Shown one piece after another: positions 57,518 through 64,000 of a stretch of DNA of 64,000 nt (positions within the stretch are counted from its first letter, which is position 1; each line of letters begins with the position of its first letter). The notes beneath the pieces were generated by a model. That model saw only the letters and a list, made by a program, of their open reading frames with translations. It was not told the DNA's origin and did not search any database. This stretch comes from an uncultured Gemmatimonadales bacterium (GTDB taxonomy: Bacteria > Gemmatimonadota > Gemmatimonadetes > Gemmatimonadales > GWC2-71-9), in contig CAVSQW010000002.1 in assembly GCA_963730185.1 (NCBI GenBank), forward strand, positions 64,001 through 128,000, written 5' to 3'. Made by a program: the position numbers and the translations under genes.

Positions 57518-57721
57518 TCTCGGCCCGGGCGTGGCTGACGAGGAACGGCAGGGCAACTCCCCAGACGATGGCCAGGCTCAGGTAGGACCGCCACGCGCGT
57601 CGGGCGCGAATCGCACCGCTCCGAGAGCGGCGCCGAGCCACGGGTGACCGTGGGCGCCCCCGAGCACGCAGGCGAACCAGCCGGCTTGGTAGGCCACAAA
57701 GTTGGCGGCGGGATGGGTCAA
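57480..57721 (-). pseudogene. DUF2878-like remnant (internal deletion plus frameshift)
   Basis: NFVAYQAGWFACVLG..PWLG fused to AALGAVRF; SLAIVWGVALPFL continues in another frame after ~57594. Confidence 0.55.
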
Positions 57722-57777
57722 CCCCACCCCGCCGTGACGGACGGGCAAGCTGCCTGCTTGGGCTGGAGGTCGGTCGC

Positions 57778-58014
57778 TCAGGCGAGCGCGGCCTGTTCCT
57801 CTTCGACCGGTCTGGCGCGGAACTCGAAGTGCGCGGCCTGCACGGTCTCGTAGTCCCGGGTGGTCCGGATCCGGGTGATGCGCCGCCCGAAAATGTCGAC
57901 CCGCCGGGTCGTGACTCCGGGGAAGATGGGAGAGACTTCGTACCACATGTGAGGGCTCAGCCGGGGGTAGCGCAGCGTGTGCTCCGGCTTGAGACGTGCC
58001 TGCATCGCCGACAT
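57778..58014 (-). CDS. Small hypothetical protein (78 aa)
   Basis: GAGG RBS, codon bias, non-shadow composition (ARLKPE..RYP.L...WY...AAHFEFR). Confidence 0.65.
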   Translation of the reverse strand: MSAMQARLKPEHTLRYPRLSPHMWYEVSPIFPGVTTRRVDIFGRRITRIRTTRDYETVQAAHFEFRARPVEEEQAALA

Positions 58015-58337
58015 GAAGGGAACCTCGCAGTGCCTGGGGCGTGATGGGGTCTTCCGGCGTGGAAACCGTCGTGGAACCGGTCCCAACCGAGCACAAACAT
58101 TAGACAGTTACAAGGTCAGCGCAAGATAGGAAATTCGATGCACTGTATCGATTCTGTCCAGATCGTGTCGTCGGACTCGCCCGAAGTTGCACCTCTCCGT
58201 GTACCTGTGGGTGACGACCGGGGACCCGCAGGGCTGCACACTCTTGCGCGTGGGCGCCCGGCTGGAGCGATGGCCGGTGCCAGCGGGGGTCCGCAACCCG
58301 AAGGCACCTCGCGATTTGCGGGTTATCGGCCCGGCGA

Positions 58338-58367
58338 TTGACCGCGATCCCCGGCTGCCGGTACTAT
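58338..58367 (+). promoter_or_regulatory. Putative sigma70 promoter of asnS
   Basis: TTGACC-18 nt-TACTAT. Confidence 0.55.
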
Positions 58368-58391
58368 AGGGCCCACTCCAGAGGGAAGCGC

Positions 58392-59687
58392 ATGGACAGG
58401 ACGGAAATTCGGGGGTTACCGGAGCGAGTGGGTGAGCCGGTCCGCGTCGCGGGCTGGGTCGCCACGATCCGGTCGAGCGGCAAGATCGCCTTCGTGGTGA
58501 TCCGGGACGGGTCGGGCTACCTCCAGTGCGTGGTCTCCAAACGCGACGTGCCCGAGGCGGTCTGGACGACGGTCACGGGCCTGACCCAGGAGGCCTCGGT
58601 GGCGGCCACCGGCACGGTGCGGGCGGATGCCCGCTCGCCCGGCGGGGTGGAGCTCTCGGTCGAGCGGCTCGAGCTGCTGGGGGCGTCGGTCGATTTCCCG
58701 ATCAGTCCCAAGGAGCACGGGACCTCGTTTCTGTTCGAGCACAGGCACCTGTGGCTCCGGAGCCGGCGACAGGTGGCGATCGCGAAGGTCCGTCACCACG
58801 TTTTCCAGGCGATCCACGATTTCTTCGACGAGCGCGGCTTCTACCACGTGAGCACGCCGATCCTCACCGGCAGCATCGGCGAGGAAGCCGGGAACCTTTT
58901 CGCGACCGACTATTTCGATCTGGGCCAAGCCTATCTGGCGCAGACCGGTCAGCTCTACGTCGAAGCCGCCTGTGCGGCGCTGGGCAAGGTCTACTGCTTC
59001 GGGCCGACCTTCCGGGCCGAGAAGTCGAAGACCCGCCGCCATCTGACCGAGTTCTGGATGGTGGAGCCCGAGGTGGCGTTTGCCGACTCGAACGACAACA
59101 TGCGGCTCCAGGAAGACTTCGTGAGCGCCATCGTGGCCCGGGCGCTCGACCGCTGCGGCGAGGAGCTGAAGGAACTGGAGCGCGACACCTCGGTACTCGA
59201 GCGGGTGACGCCCCCCTTCCCGCGGATCGAGTACACCGACGCGGTGGCTCGGCTCAACGAGCTGGGCTCCGACCTGACGTGGGGCAGCGACCTGGGCGGC
59301 GACGACGAGACGCTCCTCGCCAAGCAGTACGACCGGCCGGTGCTGGTGATGAACTATCCCAAGGCGGTCAAAGCGTTCTACATGAAGGAAAACCCGGCCG
59401 ATCCCCGGACCATTCTTGGGAACGATTGCCTGGCGCCGGAAGGTTACGGTGAGATCATCGGGGGATCCCAGCGCGAAGACGACTACGATCGGCTGCTCGC
59501 CCGGATCAACGAGCAGGGACTCGATCCGGCCGCCTACGGTTGGTACCTCGACCTCCGCAAGTACGGCACCTTCGAGCACTCCGGGTTCGGCTTGGGGGTG
59601 GAGCGGACGGTTGCCTGGATCACCGGGATTCCGCACATCCGCGAAACGATCGCGTTCCCCCGACAGATTCACCGACTCTATCCCTGA
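58392..59687 (+). CDS. asnS: Asparagine--tRNA ligase
   Basis: [40 protein letters not shown]. Confidence 0.97.
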   Translation: MDRTEIRGLPERVGEPVRVAGWVATIRSSGKIAFVVIRDGSGYLQCVVSKRDVPEAVWTTVTGLTQEASVAATGTVRADARSPGGVELSVERLELLGASVDFPISPKEHGTSFLFEHRHLWLRSRRQVAIAKVRHHVFQAIHDFFDERGFYHVSTPILTGSIGEEAGNLFATDYFDLGQAYLAQTGQLYVEAACAALGKVYCFGPTFRAEKSKTRRHLTEFWMVEPEVAFADSNDNMRLQEDFVSAIVARALDRCGEELKELERDTSVLERVTPPFPRIEYTDAVARLNELGSDLTWGSDLGGDDETLLAKQYDRPVLVMNYPKAVKAFYMKENPADPRTILGNDCLAPEGYGEIIGGSQREDDYDRLLARINEQGLDPAAYGWYLDLRKYGTFEHSGFGLGVERTVAWITGIPHIRETIAFPRQIHRLYP

Positions 59688-59699
59688 CCCGGCGGGGCG

Positions 59700-59723
59700 G
59701 GCGGAGCGGTGGGCCGCTCCGCC
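59700..59723. terminator. Hairpin between convergent asnS and csbD
   Basis: GGCGGAGCGG-TGGG-CCGCTCCGCC perfect 10-bp stem. Confidence 0.6.
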
Positions 59724-59735
59724 TCCCGGCGGTGG

Positions 59736-59954
59736 TCAGCGGCCTGGGCCGGCCGCCTCGTATTCATTCCGGTAGCGGGCCAGGTCCTCCTCGATCCGCT
59801 CCCGCGCGACGCCGTATTCCTCCTGGATCACGCCGGCCAGCTGCTCCCACTGGCCTTCGAGCTGATCCAGCTTGTCGTCGGTCAGCTTGCCCCACCGTTC
59901 CTTGATCTTGCCCTTGGTCTGCTGCCAGCGGCCCTCGATCTGATGCTTGTTCAC
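59736..59954 (-). CDS. csbD: CsbD family stress protein
   Basis: IEGRWQQTKGKIKERWGKLTDD...LAGVIQEEYG; AAAGGAGA RBS before GTG. Confidence 0.92.
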   Translation of the reverse strand: MNKHQIEGRWQQTKGKIKERWGKLTDDKLDQLEGQWEQLAGVIQEEYGVARERIEEDLARYRNEYEAAGPGR

Positions 59955-60202
59955 GTGATCTCCTTTGCGGTCGGGGTACACTAGGGCGACGGGGCGAGAC
60001 GCCCAGTGTTGCACATGTCGAGCCGCGGCGAGGGTCGGCTGCTCGAAAAGCGGCGACGACCGCGTGATGGCGATCACGGAACCACGGGGCCTGTGCAATC
60101 AACGGCAGCAGGCACCGTCTGCTCATTCGAAGGGGGGGCCGCCGGTGCAGCCGGCGATGCCCTCCGGGCGGGTTATGACACCTAGCGAAGGGAGGTCGCG
60201 GT

Positions 60203-60409
60203 ATGGGGACGGTCGCGACGGACGAGGCCTGGGCCCGGTTGAAGCAGCGGGCGGCGGCCCGGTGGCCGATGCTCGACCCGGAGGACCTCGAGGCGTGCCG
60301 GGACGACGACTGGCGGCTCGTGCTGCTGGTTCAGCGGCGGTGCGGGGTGACTCGTCGCCGAGCGGTCGAGTCACTGGTGGCGCTCCAGACCGAATGCCTG
60401 CGACGCTGA
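60203..60409 (+). CDS. Divergent CsbD-like small protein
   Basis: W..LK......W..L...DL.......LV..VQRR.G pattern; GGGAGG RBS. Confidence 0.55.
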   Translation: MGTVATDEAWARLKQRAAARWPMLDPEDLEACRDDDWRLVLLVQRRCGVTRRRAVESLVALQTECLRR

Positions 60410-60449
60410 GGAACCGAAGCCGTCATGCGGACGAAAGGACGGGTGCAAC

Positions 60450-60602
60450 GTGCTCTACACGATCGCCGTACTGCTGATTCTTCTCTGGCTCCTGGGGGTG
60501 GTGTCCTCCTATACCATGAGCGGATTCATCCACGTGCTCCTGGTGGTGGCCGTGGTCATGATCCTGGTGCGCCTGATCAGCGGACGGCGGCCCGTGGCGT
60601 AG
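60450..60602 (+). CDS. lmo0937-family small membrane protein (50 aa; not in ORF track)
   Basis: GTG start: MLYTIAVLLILLWLLGVVSSYTMSGFIHVLLVVAVVMILVRLISGRRPVA; AAAGGA RBS. Confidence 0.88.
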   Translation: MLYTIAVLLILLWLLGVVSSYTMSGFIHVLLVVAVVMILVRLISGRRPVA

Positions 60603-60720
60603 CCCGCGGAGACGCGCTCAACGCCGACGGCCGGTTGCGCGTAGACGAGACATCCGGTACTCTGGTCGCTCGGGCCGGAGGCCGGCTCGTTCTCGCCCAA
60701 CCAATCGTTCAGGAGAGCGC

Positions 60721-63648
60721 ATGTCGCGTACGTACGGGTCGGTGCGCCGGCTGGCGTGGTCGTTGGCAATCGTCGCCGGCACGCTGGCGCGAGTCCCCTC
60801 GGCCCACGCCCAGACGAGTCAGAAGGTCGACGAGGAGTACACCCGGAAGATCAAGGAGTATCTCCGCGACCCCCGGATCACGACCGAGCTGGTGGACCAC
60901 CTCCCGGCTTCGGCCACGGTCCCCTCGCCCCTCAAGTTTCTGGGGCGGATCATCGGCACCCCCGGCGAGCTGACCTACGCCCGGGACATCGAGCGGTACT
61001 TCAGAGCCCTGGACCAGGCCTCCGATCGGGTCAAGGTCTGGAGCATCGGCAAGACCGAGGAAGGCCGGGACATGATCATCGCCGCGGTCGGCGACGCGGC
61101 GGCGATCAAGGACTTGGACCGCGACAAGGCGGCGCTCCACGCGCTGACCGATCCGCGGAAGACCAGCGAGGCCCAGGCTCGCCAGCTGATCAAGACCAGC
61201 AAGCCGATCTACTGGATCACCAGCGGGATGCATTCTCCGGAGACCGGTGGCCCCGAGATGCTGATGGAGCTGGGCTACCGGCTGGCGGTGGAAGAGACGC
61301 CGTTCATCCAGCAGATCCGGAAGAACCTGATCGTCTTCATCACCCCGGTGGTGGAGGTCGACGGCCGCGAGAAGGAGGTCGACACCTACTACTTCAACAA
61401 GAAGCGGCCCGAGGGCGCCGCCCGGCTGCCGCTGATGTATTGGGGCAAGTACGTCGCCCACGACAACAACCGGGACGGGATGGGCCAGTTCCTCGCCCTG
61501 ACCCGGAACACCACCCGGGCCTTCCTGGAGTGGACTCCGACGGTCCTGCACGACCTCCACGAGGCGCAGACCTATCTCTATACCTCGACCGGGACCGGGC
61601 CCTACAACGAGGCGCTCGACCCGATCACCATCGACGAATGGTGGCTGCTGGCTCAGACCGAGGTGATGGAGATGACCAAGCGGGGCGTGCCCGGCGTCTG
61701 GACCTACGGGTTCTACGATGGCTGGACCCCGAACTATCTCTTCTTCATCGCGCACACCCACAACGCGATCGGCCGGTTCTACGAGGTGCAGAGCTACGGT
61801 CCCGACACCACCACGGTTCGGGCGGGTGCCACCACCACCAGCCGCGAGTGGTTCCGACCCAACCCGCCGCTCCCGTCGATCGCCTGGGGGCCCCGGAACA
61901 ACACCAACATCCAGGAATCGGCGCTCCTGATCGGCCTCAATCACGTGGCCAGGAACAAGGAGCTCTATCTCGAGAACTACTGGCTCAAGAACAAGCGGGC
62001 CGTGGACAAAGGGCGGAACGGCCCCGGCTACGGGTGGCTGATTCCCGCGGGCCAGCGGCGGAAGGCCGACGCGGCCGATGCGGTAAACGAGCTCCGGCGG
62101 CAGGGCCTCGAGGTTCATCGGGCCGACGCGGCCTTCAGGGCAGGCTCCCTGGAGGTCCAGGCGGGCGACTACATCGTGCGGGGTGATCAGCCGTACCGGA
62201 CCCTCGCCGACATGTACTTCTCACTCCAGAACTTTTCGGTCGCCAACCCGCGGCCCTACGACGATACCGGCTGGACCTTCCCGCTGATGCGGAACGTCGA
62301 GATCACGCCGATCACGGACAAGGGCGTCCTCGACCAGAAGATGACCCTGCTTACGGCGCCGGCCAGAGCGCCGGGCGGGATCGAGGGCAGCGGGCCGGTG
62401 GTGATCGTCGATCACACCACCGACAACAACCTGATGTCGTTCCGGTACCGGAACGCGAGCGTTGCCATGCAGGCGGCCGAGGAGGACTTCGAGGTCGAGG
62501 GACACCACTTCCGGGCCGGCGCCTTCATCGTCCCGAACGCCGACCCCCGGGCCCTCGGCGCCAGCCTGACCGATCTCGGTCTCACGGGTTATGCAGTCGC
62601 CGCGGCGCCCTCGGTCAAGACCCACGATCTGGACCTGCCCCGGATCGGGTACGTCCACAGCTGGCAGCGAACCCAGGACGAGGGGTGGGTGCGGGCCGCG
62701 CTCGATACCTACGGCGTGCCCTACACCTACTTCGCCGATCAGATGCTCCGCGAGGGCAACCTCCGGGCGAAGTACGACGTGATCATCTACCCCGACGTCG
62801 GCGGGAGCGCGACGTCGCAGGTGAACGGGATCCCGAAAGTCGGCGACCTGGCCTTGCCGTATCGCCGGACCGACGCCACGCCAAACCTCGGGGCCCTCGA
62901 TCAGAGCGACGACATCCGGGGCGGGATGGGGCTCGAGGGCCTGGCCGAGCTGGCCCGGTTCGTGGAGCAGGGTGGGACCCTGATCGTCGAAGGCTCGACC
63001 TCGACCATCTTCCCCGAGTACGGCATCACCAGCGGGGTGAACGTCGAGAATCCCGATCAGCTCTTCGCCCGGGGCTCGATCTTCCGCGGCGTCGTGAAGG
63101 ACAAGAAGAGTCCGCTGGCCTACGGATTCGAGGCCCAGGTCCCGGTCTACTTCAATCAGGATCCGGTGCTCAGCACCGGCGGCTTCGGCCGGTTCTTCGG
63201 GGGTGGCGGCAATCAGATTCCGGGCGTGGGGCAGAACACCACCCCGATGGCGTCACCGGTCCATCTGTCGCCCTGGAAGGAAGACTCCACCGCCCAGCGC
63301 GGCCGTCGGGGCGGCGGGGACGATCAGGCGGCCCAGGCGGCCCAGTTCCGCCGGCTGGCCCGGGCGTTCGGGCTCAATCTCGCCGAGGCGCGGCCCCGGG
63401 TGGTCATGGCGTTCCCGGCCAACGCCAACGACATGCTGCTCTCGGGCACGCTGTCGGGCGGCGAGGCGCTCGCCAACCGGGCCCAGCTGATCGACGAGCC
63501 GCTCGGCCAAGGGCACGTGGTGATGTTCGCGATCCGGCCGTTCTGGCGCTGGCAGAGCCAGGGCACGTTCTTCCTCGGGTTCAACGCGATCCTGAACTGG
63601 AACGACCTCGACGCGGGCAAGCCGGCCGACGACGAAGCCGGTCACTGA
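60721..63648 (+). CDS. Secreted M14 family zinc carboxypeptidase
   Basis: Signal peptide, GMHSPE (HxxE), DNNRD, HDLHE; GATase-like C-terminal region. Confidence 0.88.
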   Translation: MSRTYGSVRRLAWSLAIVAGTLARVPSAHAQTSQKVDEEYTRKIKEYLRDPRITTELVDHLPASATVPSPLKFLGRIIGTPGELTYARDIERYFRALDQASDRVKVWSIGKTEEGRDMIIAAVGDAAAIKDLDRDKAALHALTDPRKTSEAQARQLIKTSKPIYWITSGMHSPETGGPEMLMELGYRLAVEETPFIQQIRKNLIVFITPVVEVDGREKEVDTYYFNKKRPEGAARLPLMYWGKYVAHDNNRDGMGQFLALTRNTTRAFLEWTPTVLHDLHEAQTYLYTSTGTGPYNEALDPITIDEWWLLAQTEVMEMTKRGVPGVWTYGFYDGWTPNYLFFIAHTHNAIGRFYEVQSYGPDTTTVRAGATTTSREWFRPNPPLPSIAWGPRNNTNIQESALLIGLNHVARNKELYLENYWLKNKRAVDKGRNGPGYGWLIPAGQRRKADAADAVNELRRQGLEVHRADAAFRAGSLEVQAGDYIVRGDQPYRTLADMYFSLQNFSVANPRPYDDTGWTFPLMRNVEITPITDKGVLDQKMTLLTAPARAPGGIEGSGPVVIVDHTTDNNLMSFRYRNASVAMQAAEEDFEVEGHHFRAGAFIVPNADPRALGASLTDLGLTGYAVAAAPSVKTHDLDLPRIGYVHSWQRTQDEGWVRAALDTYGVPYTYFADQMLREGNLRAKYDVIIYPDVGGSATSQVNGIPKVGDLALPYRRTDATPNLGALDQSDDIRGGMGLEGLAELARFVEQGGTLIVEGSTSTIFPEYGITSGVNVENPDQLFARGSIFRGVVKDKKSPLAYGFEAQVPVYFNQDPVLSTGGFGRFFGGGGNQIPGVGQNTTPMASPVHLSPWKEDSTAQRGRRGGGDDQAAQAAQFRRLARAFGLNLAEARPRVVMAFPANANDMLLSGTLSGGEALANRAQLIDEPLGQGHVVMFAIRPFWRWQSQGTFFLGFNAILNWNDLDAGKPADDEAGH

Positions 63649-63653
63649 GCGAA

Positions 63654-64000
63654 TCAGCTCAGCCGCTTGGCCTCGTCCCAGAGCCGGTCGAGCTGCTCGA
63701 GGCCGGCCTCGTGGAGGTCGACGTCGCGCTCGTCGGCGAGGCGCTCGACGGTCTCGAACCGCTCCTGGAACCGCCGGTTGGCGCGTTCCAGGGCGGGCCC
63801 GGGCGGGACCCCGGCCTTCCGGGCGAGGTTCACGACCGAGAAGAGGAGGTCGCCGACCTCGTGCTCCAGGGCGACCCGATCGGGTCGCTTCCGGGCCAGC
63901 TCCTCCTCGACCTCGGCCAACTCCTCCCGCACCTTGTCGGCCGGGCCGCGGGTGTCGGGCCAGTCGAAGCCCACCGCCGCCGCCCGCTCCTGCAGTCGGC
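63654..64000 (-). CDS. mazG: MazG nucleoside triphosphate pyrophosphohydrolase, C-terminal part (runs off window)
   Basis: QERAAAVGFDW, EVGDLLFSVVNLAR, LDRLWDEAK. Confidence 0.93.
   Translation of the reverse strand, partial: RLQERAAAVGFDWPDTRGPADKVREELAEVEEELARKRPDRVALEHEVGDLLFSVVNLARKAGVPPGPALERANRRFQERFETVERLADERDVDLHEAGLEQLDRLWDEAKRLS

Overview
High-GC (roughly 70%) bacterial chromosome segment, almost entirely + strand. Gene content and order suggest Gemmatimonadota (inference). Housekeeping blocks are fahA-pdxH-S9 peptidase, tilS-hpt-ftsH, yggS-divIVA-ileS-dksA/traR-lspA-rluD, tRNA-Val/tRNA-Asp, a dcw cluster (rsmH to ftsZ), ftsY-recG and asnS. The standout is a ~15.7 kb, tightly coupled 16-gene operon (16975-32634) between rluD and the dcw cluster. 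It joins a receptor-less chemosensory core (cheW-cheY-cheA-cheC, cheR, cheD) with an MglA/MglB small-GTPase polarity module and two extra roadblock proteins. It also encodes two DUF4388(PatA-N)-MshEN-TPR paralogs, a giant TPR protein and a protein made of two tandem DnaA-type AAA+ domains with no DNA-binding domain. A candidate promoter with a double palindrome lies inside rluD just upstream of the operon. Other points: IleRS2 with a GIHH signature, a decayed DUF1475/DUF1295/DUF2878 islet, a small CsbD/lmo0937 cluster, and several single-base frameshifts that look like sequencing errors. All calls are by eye from motifs; no searches were run.
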